Assembly: GCA_041690395.1 (NCBI GenBank)
Contig: JAWLHJ010000001.1
Location: 704,001-768,000, forward strand
DNA from: Longimicrobiales bacterium
GTDB lineage: Bacteria > Gemmatimonadota > Gemmatimonadetes > Longimicrobiales > Gaopeijiaceae
Length of the DNA stretch: 64,000 nucleotides
Direction: 5' to 3'
Shown here: positions 19,601 through 28,200 of the stretch, piece by piece
Layout of the letters: every line of letters starts with the position of its first letter
Numbering within the stretch: the first letter of the stretch is position 1
Notes under the pieces: model-generated
Told to the model about the DNA's origin: nothing
Databases searched by the model: none
What the model saw: only the letters and a program-made list of their open reading frames with translations
Translations under genes and position numbers: made by a program

Positions 19601-20018
19601 CCAGGATCACGCGCGCTTCGTGGCCGACCTCGTCGAGGCCGGCGGCAAGGCGGGCGTCGGTAGCCACGGGCAGCTGCAGGGGCTGGGCTACCACTGGGAG
19701 TTGTGGGCCATGCAGTCGGGAGGCCTCGACGAGCACGACGCGCTGCGGGTGGCGACCATCTTCGGGGCCGAAGCCATCGGGCTCGACACGGATCTGGGCT
19801 CCATCGAGCCCGGCAAGCTGGCCGACCTCGTCGTGCTGGACCGCGATCCGCTGACGGACATCCGCAACACGAACACGGTCCGCTACGTGATGAAGAACGG
19901 ACGGCTCTACGAGGGCGACACGCTCGCCGAGATCCATCCAACCACGCGTGAGCTGCCGCGGATGTGGTGGTGGGGCGACGAGCCCGAGGGGGTGCCGGGG
20001 GTCGGGGGAGGGCGGTAG
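16656..20018 (+). CDS. Secreted PD40/TolB-like beta-propeller plus amidohydrolase protein (copy 2)
   Basis: EGSWISVDVSPDG and SPDG repeats; IVPGFVDTHAH, GSHGQLQG and GSIEPGKLADLVVL. Confidence 0.9.
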   Translation: MMVRSLGWLSVVTGVALGFSPPLLDAQERGGREGGGEQGGLPLEAGRTVPIDLTEGSWISVDVSPDGRTLVFDYLGDLFTLPIEGGDATQLTSGMAFDAQPRFSPDGSEVVFTSDRDGGQNIWRLSLDGSDTTRVSGGEANRAEAPDWSPDGRYIVATFGEGNFRFGGNPNLRLWHVDGGSGVDLFEDDGLRKALGPTFGPDGRWIWFAQRTGGGDWDYNAQLPLYEIRAYDRETGEVHDRVERFGSALRPTLSPDGRWLVYGTRHDAETGLRIRDLETGDERWLAYPVQHDDQESRGTLDVLPGMSFTPDSRHLVASYGGGIWRIPVDGGSAEPIPFRVRFDLAIGPEVDFDYPIEDTETFTARQIRDAVPSPDGSRLAFTVLDRLYVSDVDGSDPRPLAPMPGAQQHMPTWSPDGRDVAFVTWEGDAGHLYRVSADGGQPQRLSDRPAFYSRPAWAPSGDRIVVLRGHARAFVENPAQGAGSVDDELVWIPSGGGQATVVMPLGDRSLPHFTGDGERIHLFRSPDQLVSVRWDGTDEKAHVRVRGERSPGQEDAQTPSAIVMAPQGDQALAHVLNHVYTVTVPEVGSAPTIQLGNPANAAFPARKLSEFGGEFPAWSADGRSVHWSLGNAHFVYDLDAAEAYEDSVEAAGGPEEAEPDEEEEEEGDETSEGDGYRASEVRVAVQIARDVPRGTVVLRGARVITMRDDEVIENADVVVRDNRIVAVGAQGDVSVPDDARVIDVSGRTIVPGFVDTHAHLRPSFDVHRSDAWPYFANLAYGVTTTRDPQTSSTDVLTYEDRVRAGEIVGPRIYSTGPGVFFQFNIDSLEEARDLMRRYSEYFDTKTLKMYVAGTREQRQWIIQAAREQRIMPTTEGSLNLKQNLTETIDGYPGLEHSIPVYPVFADYVRLFVESGRVYTPTLLVSYGGPWAENYFYTRENPHDDEKLARFTPHSVLDRATRRRGGGASPGPAGWFMDEEHVFQDHARFVADLVEAGGKAGVGSHGQLQGLGYHWELWAMQSGGLDEHDALRVATIFGAEAIGLDTDLGSIEPGKLADLVVLDRDPLTDIRNTNTVRYVMKNGRLYEGDTLAEIHPTTRELPRMWWWGDEPEGVPGVGGGR

Positions 20019-20192
20019 AGGCGGCGGGCGGGGGGTGGCCCACTCGGTCTGCCTCATCGTAGTCTAACGGCTCAGCGTTGAGCACCCGCACTCGATGGAG
20101 ACCCCGTGGGCCCGTACCTTCACACCCCCTCCACCTCCGCTCGCGCGGTCGCTCCGGGCGCACCGCCTTCTGCGAGCGTCGCGGCGCGTTCC

Positions 20193-21269
20193 ATGAGTCC
20201 GGCGCGGCTCGCCGTGAGCGTCGCGCTGGTCACCGCGACACTCACCCTGCCCGGCGGCGCCTCGGCGCAGGAGCCTCTGGCGTGGGGCGGGCCCGAGTTG
20301 GAGTTCCACACCTTCTCGATCGTGGCCATCGACCCGCGGACCGGCGAGTCGGGCGTGGCCGTCACCACCCGTCGTCCATGCGTGGGGAACGCGGTTCCCT
20401 GGGCGCGGCCCGGCGTGGGCGCGGTCGCGACTCAGGGCGGGACACGCGTCGAGTACGGCCCCGACCTCCTCGGCCTGCTCGAGGAGGGTGTCGCTCCGCG
20501 GGAGGCCATGGACCGCGTGGTCGCCGCCGACGAGGGGCGCGAGCGTCGGCAGGTGGGCGTCATCGACATGCGGGGCCGGACCGCCCAGTGGACGGGCTCG
20601 GGCCAGTACGGGTCGGAGGAGCAGGGCGACTGGGTCGCGGAGCGGACGGGGATGAACTACGCGGTGCAGGGGAACTCGCTGGTGAGCGTCGAGGTCGTGG
20701 ACCGGGTCGCCGAGGCGTTCGAGGCCAGCGAGGGCACGCCGCGCCATCTGGCCGATCGGCTCATCGACGCCCTCTACGCCGGCCAGCTGCTGGGCGGCGA
20801 CGGCCGTCACGGTGACAGCCAGTCGGCCGCGGTGCTGGTGGCCGATCCCAGGGAGGGGATGTCCCGGCGGCCGGACGGCATCACCGTCGACATCAACGTG
20901 TGCGAGCACGACACGCCCGTCCGCGAAGTCCGCCGCATCTACGACGCCGTCTCGGAGACCCTCGGGTTCCGTGAGCTGCGCCAGTTCGCGGGGAACGACG
21001 TCCTCCAGCTCAAGGTCATCCTGCACGAGCTCGGCTACCTCCGGGCCGGTGCGGACGACCTCGACCTGACGGCGCCCGACGCGGCCGTCTACGGCCTGGA
21101 CGCCATCGAGGCAATCGACCGCTTCCGCGCCGACCAGGGATGGCAGACCAACGTCTCGGGATACGTGGACGCGCGCACCGTGGAGCGCATGTGGGCTCTA
21201 CTCGACGAGGCGGGTGAGGGCGACGCCGTGCGGGCCCGCCTGCTCGAGCTCGCACGCGTGTCCCGCTGA
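20193..21269 (+). CDS. DUF1028 (Ntn-hydrolase-like) secreted protein with C-terminal peptidoglycan-binding-like domain
   Basis: HTFSIVAIDP, GVGAVATQ, RRQVGVID, QGN and GGDGR..QSAA; C-terminal LKVILHELGY...FRADQGW...GYVD; start uncertain (20106 or 20193). Confidence 0.82.
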   Translation: MSPARLAVSVALVTATLTLPGGASAQEPLAWGGPELEFHTFSIVAIDPRTGESGVAVTTRRPCVGNAVPWARPGVGAVATQGGTRVEYGPDLLGLLEEGVAPREAMDRVVAADEGRERRQVGVIDMRGRTAQWTGSGQYGSEEQGDWVAERTGMNYAVQGNSLVSVEVVDRVAEAFEASEGTPRHLADRLIDALYAGQLLGGDGRHGDSQSAAVLVADPREGMSRRPDGITVDINVCEHDTPVREVRRIYDAVSETLGFRELRQFAGNDVLQLKVILHELGYLRAGADDLDLTAPDAAVYGLDAIEAIDRFRADQGWQTNVSGYVDARTVERMWALLDEAGEGDAVRARLLELARVSR

Positions 21270-21277
21270 GTAGGCTC

Positions 21278-22090
21278 GTGGACGACGCCTCCAACCTCCC
21301 GGTGCAGCTCAACCGATCCGAGCTCGACCGCATCATCCGTCGGGCCGCCGAGCTCCAGTTCCAGGAGAGCTCCGGCGACGACGGTGGAACGCTGTCGGAG
21401 GACGAAGTCGTCAGGATCGGCAAGGAGGTCGGGCTCGAGGCATCGCATGTGAGACGGGCGCTCGGCGAGCTCCGGGCCGAGGCGATGGTCCCCGCGCTCC
21501 CGGCCGACGGCGGATACCTGCGGAGATGGGTGGGCCCGGCGCACGTCAGGGCAGAGCGGGTCGTCCCCGGCGACGCGGCCGAGGTGGAGGAGCGGGTGGT
21601 CCAATGGCTGTCGGGCGCGGAGAGCCTGCACCCCGTACGCCGTAGGGCGGGCGTCTCCTTGTGGGAGCCGGCGGAGGGGTTCGTGGCCCAACTCCAGCGC
21701 GGTCTGAAGTGGGGCGGCCAGCGCTACGAGCTGGCCCAGGCCAAGCAGGTGGAGCTATCCGTCCAGAGCCTGGAGGACGGGTACGCCCTGGTCACCCTCA
21801 CCGTGGACCTGACGAACCAGCGCCTGGAGCAGGGAGGCGGCGCCATCGGGGGCTTCGCCGCCGGTGGGGGAGTGCTGGGCTCGGTACTCACCGTGGCGGT
21901 GCTTTCCTTTCCGCCGGCGGCTGCGGTGGCCGCGGGGCTCGCGGGAGCCGCCGTGGGTGGGGCCGGTGGCGCGCTGGTCGGGCGATCCACGTACCAGCAG
22001 AAAGCGGAGCGTGTGCGGCTGGCCTCCGAAGGGTTGCTGGACCGTTTGGAGCGTGGGGAGCTGGTGAAACCGCCCAAGCGTCGGCTCTAG
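21278..22090 (+). CDS. Hypothetical protein with C-terminal Gly/Ala-rich hydrophobic hairpin
   Basis: 270-aa ORF 8 bp after the DUF1028 gene; helical N-terminus (ELDRIIRRAAELQ, EVGL) and two glycine-rich hydrophobic segments. Confidence 0.7.
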   Translation: MDDASNLPVQLNRSELDRIIRRAAELQFQESSGDDGGTLSEDEVVRIGKEVGLEASHVRRALGELRAEAMVPALPADGGYLRRWVGPAHVRAERVVPGDAAEVEERVVQWLSGAESLHPVRRRAGVSLWEPAEGFVAQLQRGLKWGGQRYELAQAKQVELSVQSLEDGYALVTLTVDLTNQRLEQGGGAIGGFAAGGGVLGSVLTVAVLSFPPAAAVAAGLAGAAVGGAGGALVGRSTYQQKAERVRLASEGLLDRLERGELVKPPKRRL

Positions 22091-22238
22091 CAACGCTCCG
22101 CACGGGTGTGGTGGCCTCGGCACCACCCTTGGGGCGCGCCCCCGCCCGTACCGTGGAGCAGGAGCTGCCCTGCGGGCTCGGACTTTCCCACCGCGGCGAC
22201 AACCCCGCAGTCGTGCTCGTCCTTTGGGGCCATGTCGG

Positions 22239-22328
22239 TTTTTCCGCCATATATGGCGTCAAGTCACTCAGGCGTCGGAGCGCCCTTCACTGGCGAGTGA
22301 TTTTTCCGCCGCATAGGGGGGTCAAGTC
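22239..22328. promoter_or_regulatory. Duplicated bipartite motif TTTTTCCGCC-N9/10-GTCAAGTC
   Basis: Copies at 22239-22265 and 22301-22328; the first contains the palindrome CGCCATATATGGCG (22245-22258). Confidence 0.5.
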
Positions 22329-22372
22329 GCCCGGCCACCATCGTCGGGGCACCGTTGTGCGGGTTGACGCCA

Positions 22373-22463
22373 CCCCCCGCCCGCCGACGCGCCCCCCCGC
22401 CCGCCGCCGCGCCCGCCGCCGCGCCCCCCGCCCGCCGCCGCGCCCCCCCGCCCGCCGACGCGC
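22373..22463. repeat. Imperfect C-rich tandem repeat, unit about C6-7GCCCGCCG(A/C)CGCG
   Basis: About 5 consecutive imperfect copies (one shortened) read directly from the sequence. Confidence 0.8.
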
Positions 22464-22477
22464 CACCCCGCGCCTCG

Positions 22478-22550
22478 CGAAGGCATGGTCGCGCGTCCCC
22501 CGCCGCGCCCTCCTCGCGCATCTCGAAGGCATGGTCGCGCGCCCCCCGCC
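22478..22550. repeat. 27-bp direct repeat CGAAGGCATGGTCGCGCG(T/C)CCCCCGCC, 2 copies
   Basis: Copies at 22478-22504 and 22524-22550, one mismatch, 46-bp period. Confidence 0.85.
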
Positions 22551-22703
22551 AGACCGTGGCGCGCGTCCCAGAAGGGCTGGCTGGTGGCTTGATCGCATGG
22601 CGTGGCCGATCGCGGTGGGTTTTTCCGCTTGAGGGGATGAGCGCGTTCTGCGTGCGCTCGGGCCCCGCGGGGCCAACAGCGATCCCCACACGGAAGCGCC
22701 CGA

Positions 22704-25241
22704 ATGTCCGCCATCGTTCCTCGTCGGTACTCCATCGTCCGCCTGCTCGCCGTCCTCTTGGTCATCGGGTGCGGCGGCGGCGACAGTCCCACCGATCCCA
22801 CGGGACCCACGGATCCGGGACCCAACGACCCTGATCCGCCGGCCCCGACGGTGGCCGACGCGCCCACGGCCTCGTCGAGCGAGGTCACGCCGCTGGTGCC
22901 GGTCGTCCTGGACGGCCTTCCGGCCGGGCGCACCGACCTCTACGCCGAGCTCGCCGCCCCCGGCGCCTCGGAGCCCGACGCGGAGGGCGATTACGTGCTG
23001 CCGCTACTCCCCCGGGACGGGACGGAGTACGCGCTGACGGTGGTCCTGCACCCCGACGGTGGCCCCGATGGCGGGGACTTCGAGGTCCGGGTGCGCGGCG
23101 ACGACGGGTGGGTCACCGAGCCCCTGGAGCTGACGCTGCTCGCCCTTCCCGAGGCGCCGGGCGCGTTCATCGGTGCGCTCGACGACTTCCAGGACGTGCT
23201 GGACGCTCGCTTCGCCGACCTGGGGACCACCCGGGAGGCGGTTCTGGCCGCGGACTGGGCCACGGAGCTGGACGCGTCCCTCTACCCGGTGGCCATCGCC
23301 CAGACCATTCTGGACGATCCCACCCACGACCGGGACCTCCGCGACCTCCTGGCAGGAACGTCGTCCCTCACCGAGCTGGTCGGGGCGGATGAGGTCGACG
23401 TGGACCTTCTGGACCGCATCGCCGCCGCCGGCGGGATGGACGCGCTGTTCCGGGCCATGGCCGACGCCCTGCCCGCAGCCCCGGCCAGGAGCGCGGAAAG
23501 CCCGGTCCCGACGCCGGGAGGCCCCGCGCGTGCCATCTCCATCTCCAGCGCCGTGGAGCTGGACGACGCCATGACCCAGGCGTGGGCCGCCGCGCGGGAG
23601 ATCGATCCCAACACCGCCACCGGCGAGCTGCTGCAGGCGTACGGTCTGACCCTCGGCGCCCTGGGCCTGGTGACGGGCCCGGGCGGCGCTGCGGTCACCG
23701 CCGGGTTGGGCTCCGCGCTCTGGGCCTACCAGACGTATCTCGAGGGGCAGGCGAATCTCCTCCCCAAGCACTTCGTGGATGGCAGCCTGAGCTTCGAACT
23801 GGACGTCTCGGTATTCGAAGAAGACCGGCCGGGGCCCGGCACGTGGTCCAACGTCCGGGTGAGCGCCCGGAGCGAGGGGTGGAACCTGGACAAGGTGGTG
23901 GCGGATTTCCTGCTCAACCTCGCGGGGAACGCCGACGCCTATACCGCCTGGCTGAAGCGGTTCGAAGACGGGCCTTCGACGTTCATCAAGGACGCTTCGG
24001 GGTGGCTCTTCACCACCCAGCTCGGGAACCTCCCCATCGCGGAGAGCGGCTTCGTCGAGATCCCGCCCGAGGTGTGGACCGACATCGACGTCACCGGGGC
24101 GCCATGGTCGGAGGGGCGTCTCGCCACCGGCGACGCCGTGGAGATCAGTAGCGCCACGACGCTGGAGCCCATCCGGCCCGGCGAGGCGCTCCTCACCGTG
24201 GAGACTGACATCTCGCGCTTCGGGCAGGCCACGCCGGCCTTCCAGCGCCAGGAAGTCACCGTCCTCCCCATCGAGATCGATATCCAGGCCAGCGAGACCA
24301 CCGTGGAGCCCGGAGCCGTGGTGGAGCTCCAGATCACCGTCTCCAACGCTCTGGACACGGGCCTGGAGTGGACGCTCTCGGCGGGTGCGACCTGGGCCGA
24401 GGAGCCCACCGAGATCGGGGAGGGGGTGTGGTCCGCCGCCGTCCAGACGCCGGCCTCGGCGGAGCAGTTCCCCATCCAGGCCACCTTCACCTCCACCGCC
24501 ACCGGCGGAGCCCGGGACACGCCGGGTGCTCCGGTGCGGAGCGCCACCATCCGCGTCTCCGCGGTGTCGGTCTTCGTTGACCCGCCCACCGCCATCCTGT
24601 CCGAAGGGGAGAGCCAGCAGTTCCAGGCCATCGTCCTGGGAGCGGACGACACCGACGTGACGTGGACGGCGCTCGACCCCGACGGCGCTCCGGCGGCCAT
24701 CGGAGCCAACGGCCTCTTCACCGCCCCGGCCCGGACGGGCAGCTATCTGGTGGTGGCCACCAGCGTGGAGGACCCCACCGCCGAAGGGTACGCCAACGTC
24801 ACCGTGGCGGGGCAGTGCTACTGGACCATGGACATCCAGGGCCCGTACGGCGGGAGCTGGTCCGGGCCCATCGTGACGCACGTGTACGCCGGCGAGATCT
24901 TCGCGGAAAGCGCGTACACCATGACCTTCGTGCAGTCGGAGGAGTCGGACCTCCTGGGCGTGGTCCAGGCCCTCGGGCCGGCGGCTGGGGAGGCCTCGGG
25001 ATCGTGGACGGCAACCATGAGCTTCTCGCCGTCCGTGGGCGTCCAGTGGACCGCCGGGGACAGCGTCGATCCGCCGTCCAGCGTCTCGTTCAACGTGACG
25101 TCCAACGACGGGGAGTTGGTCGTGGGGTCGGCCACCGGCGAGGCGTTCATCCCGATCGGGGGAGGAGAGGTCCATTCGGCGCCGTACCAGCTGTCGTTCC
25201 GGAGCCTGAACGGCCTGGGTGACGGGTCGTGCATGCCGTGA
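22704..25241 (+). CDS. Large lipoprotein with Ig-like domains, unknown function
   Basis: Lipobox VIGC; Pro/Thr/Asp linker; central helical and hydrophobic segment; Big_2-like VFVDPPTAIL..GESQQFQA...VTWT...GLFTAP. Confidence 0.8.
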   Translation: MSAIVPRRYSIVRLLAVLLVIGCGGGDSPTDPTGPTDPGPNDPDPPAPTVADAPTASSSEVTPLVPVVLDGLPAGRTDLYAELAAPGASEPDAEGDYVLPLLPRDGTEYALTVVLHPDGGPDGGDFEVRVRGDDGWVTEPLELTLLALPEAPGAFIGALDDFQDVLDARFADLGTTREAVLAADWATELDASLYPVAIAQTILDDPTHDRDLRDLLAGTSSLTELVGADEVDVDLLDRIAAAGGMDALFRAMADALPAAPARSAESPVPTPGGPARAISISSAVELDDAMTQAWAAAREIDPNTATGELLQAYGLTLGALGLVTGPGGAAVTAGLGSALWAYQTYLEGQANLLPKHFVDGSLSFELDVSVFEEDRPGPGTWSNVRVSARSEGWNLDKVVADFLLNLAGNADAYTAWLKRFEDGPSTFIKDASGWLFTTQLGNLPIAESGFVEIPPEVWTDIDVTGAPWSEGRLATGDAVEISSATTLEPIRPGEALLTVETDISRFGQATPAFQRQEVTVLPIEIDIQASETTVEPGAVVELQITVSNALDTGLEWTLSAGATWAEEPTEIGEGVWSAAVQTPASAEQFPIQATFTSTATGGARDTPGAPVRSATIRVSAVSVFVDPPTAILSEGESQQFQAIVLGADDTDVTWTALDPDGAPAAIGANGLFTAPARTGSYLVVATSVEDPTAEGYANVTVAGQCYWTMDIQGPYGGSWSGPIVTHVYAGEIFAESAYTMTFVQSEESDLLGVVQALGPAAGEASGSWTATMSFSPSVGVQWTAGDSVDPPSSVSFNVTSNDGELVVGSATGEAFIPIGGGEVHSAPYQLSFRSLNGLGDGSCMP

Positions 25242-25248
25242 CGGCGTC

Positions 25249-28200
25249 ATGAAACGGTGGGTCGAGGTCCTCGGCCTGTTCCTGGGGATGGGGATGCCGG
25301 CGTGGGCCGGCGCCCAGAGCACGGAGTGGGCCGCCCAGCTCGTGGTGCCCGCGTATCCCAGTCCATACCTGTCGGAGTGGGAGCGGAACCCGCAGAACCT
25401 GACGCTGTCGGTGGCGTATTTCGGCGCCCCCGCGATGGAGTACCGCATCGAGGGTGTGGTGCGGGGAAGCGGGGGTGAGTTGGCCAGGGCCACCAGTCCC
25501 GTGTTCACCGTGACCGGCGGCCCGGCCAACGAGCTCTACTCCGGCGCCGACCTCCTGGGGTGGGACGTACGGGTGCGGCAGGACCGGGCGGACCAGGTGC
25601 TGGGCGCGGGCGTCCTCCCGGAGGACGACTACGAGCTGTGCGCCAGGGTCCTGTCGGAGGCGGGCATCCAGCTCACCGAGGCGTGTACGCTGTTCGCGGT
25701 GGCTCTCCCAGCCGCCCCTCAACTCCTGTATCCGCTGGAGCGGCAGGCGGTGAGCGCCTTTCAGCCCGTGTTCCAGTGGACCCCCGTGCAGCTTCCCCCC
25801 GAGGTCGGGACCCGCTACCGGGTGAGCATTGTGCCCATGGCCCCCCGGCAGACGGCGGGGACGGCGGTGCGGGCCAACCTCCCGGTCTACGAGGACGTTG
25901 TGGACGCGCCCGTCCTCGTCTACCCCGTGGACGCACTGGAGCTGGAAGACGGCGTCCGGTACGCGTGGCGGGTGGAGGCTCTCGACGGGTTGGGAGATGC
26001 CGTGGTTCCCGGCGGTCTCTTCTCCGAGACGTGGACGTTCACCGCCAGCACCGCGCGGACATCGGTCCCGTGGGACGAAGGCGAAGGGCGCCTTCCATCG
26101 GCCATCGATCTCGTCCCGGGCCTCGCCGAGATCCTGGACCTGGGCGCCCTGGACGTGGAGACCACCGCGTCCGGATGGCGCCTGAACGGACCGGCGTGGA
26201 TGCGCCTTGGCGGTCCGTTCAACCTCCGGGCCCGGGTTCGCCTGGACGACCTGGAGGTCGACGTGTTCGCGGGCAGCCACGCCGTGCGGGGTGGCGGCGT
26301 CGTGGCTCGTCTGGCCGCTCCGCTTCCCGTGGCCGGCGCGCTGCCGGTCCGGGTCACCGAGCTCACCTACGACGCCGCCATGGGTCTCACGGCCCAGGCG
26401 GTACTCGTCCGGGCCGACGGGACGGAGATGCCCCTGGAGGGCGATGTGCAGGTCACGGCGGCGGGGCTCTTCGGCACGCTCCGTACAGGGGAAGCCGGGG
26501 GCCAGGACCCCGTATGGCGGCTGGGCACGGACCCTGTGGAGCTGTCCCTCACGGACCTGGAGGTGCGCCTTCCCGGCGGCACGGTGACTGCGAGGGGCGA
26601 CGCCCGCCTTCTGGGCGGGATGGTCGAGTGCCGGGGCATGGCGGCCGCCCTGGACGAAGACGGCGTCTGGACGGTGACGCCCATGTGCATGGGCGTCGGG
26701 GATTACGGCCTCGAAGTCGTGGACGGGGCGCCCGGGTCCTCTCGGGCCACGGCCGGTGGCGCCGGGCCCGGCGTGCCCGTGCGCGTGGGGCTGGTCGCAG
26801 GCACGCTCTCGGCAAACCTAGTTCAGGGCACGGTTGCCTACGATCTCACCGCCTCCGCCGCCCTCGACCTCGACCCGGGAGCGGCGGACTGCTCCATCCG
26901 CTTCGACGTCGCCCTCGATTCGACGACCGGGACCACGGTGGACGGCGTCACGGGTCCGTGTGATGCCACTCGTGCCGCCCTCGATGCGGGTTGGGTACGA
27001 CTCGGTCTCGGCGGCCTCCGGGTCGCGTCGGTGAGTTACACGCCCGGCCAGGGCTTCGAGATCGAAGCCGACGTCGACCTCGTCCCCACGCTGCCGGCGC
27101 TACCCGACCTCGAGCTGCCGACGCTCACCGGGGCCCGTGTCGGCGGGGAGGGCCTCACGTTCCCCGACGGGCTGTTGCCCGGGCTGCAGGCTTCCGTGGA
27201 CCTGGACGGCTACGGCCTCGCCGCGGCCTCCGTCACCGTGCCCGCCGGAACCATTCCGTGGGCGGCGTGGCGGGACGGATCCCTGGAAGGATTCGGTGTC
27301 ACCTTCGACGCGGCGCTCGCCCTGCCCGGCCTCCCCGCTACGACGCCGCTCTGTCTCGCGGAGGCCGTGCCCGCCGTGCGGCGGGGCATCATCGCCGCGG
27401 GGCTCCTGACCCTCGACGTGACGGCGTCCACGGCCTTCCGGGAAGCGTGCAGGATTCCCCTGGCTCCGGACGCCGTCCCGGGGCTCGCGCTGGAAGCGGA
27501 GGCGTTCGTGGGCCCCGTGGTCACCGACCTCTCGGACGGCGTTACCCTCGTGGATGGGCTCGGCGTCACCGGATCGCTCATCCTTCCCGAGGTGTTCTCC
27601 TGTCAGGGTGCGTCCCTCCGTCTGGACGGAGCGCTCCGACTGGCTCCCGACGGTCGCCTGGCAGGAGAAAGTGCCGTCTCCGAGGGGGGCTGCGATCTTT
27701 CCGTGGGGGGACTCGACCTCGACCTCGCGTCGGGCGAGGTGGATTTCGAGCTCACGTCCGACGGGGCTCGGGGCCGATGGACCGCCGAGGTGGCGGTCCG
27801 GACCGTGGACGGCGAGGTGGACTCGCCGACCGTCGACGCCCTGGGCCGGCTCACATTCGATGTCGCCACGGGCGCCATCGCCGACGGCGTTTTGGAGGTG
27901 CCCGGGCCACTGGATCTGCGCCTCCCGCAGGAAGATCCGGTGTTCGACTTCCGCCTGGATGGAGCCCGCCTGGATGCCGCCGGCCTCACCATCGACGGCC
28001 GGCACGCGCTCCGCTTCCCCGACGGCGCCACCATGGGGGTGACGTTCGACGAGGTTCGGGTGGCCCCCGAAGGCCGGAGCTTCACGGCGGGCCGGGTGCT
28101 CTTCGACACCGAGTTCGCGCTGGACGGCGGCGTTGCCGAGGACGGAAGGGTAGCGTGGCGAGCGGTATCCACGGAGATGCCTTTCACGTTGGCCTCGGGC

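Noticed and set aside
14451..20057. Very long antisense or off-frame ORFs (e.g. 14451-17528, 17589-20057; also 3484-5601, 23004-25529, 31468-34167, 43263-45887, 46969-49260)
   Set aside because: They are shadows of real genes in GC-rich DNA: stop codons are scarce, translations are rich in R/P/G/V/H with no motifs, and they fully overlap well-supported CDSs
22165..22190. Minus-strand GGAAAGTCCGAGCCCGCAGGGCAG resembles the 5' conserved region of RNase P RNA
   Set aside because: Downstream RNase P elements are absent, and only about 75 nt remain before the convergent CDS
22088..22234. 48-codon minus-strand ORF (MAPKDEHDCG...)
   Set aside because: No SD, no recognisable motif, and the length is expected by chance
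22478..22550. Direct repeats as a mini CRISPR array
   Set aside because: Only two copies, a 19-bp low-complexity spacer, and no cas genes in the window
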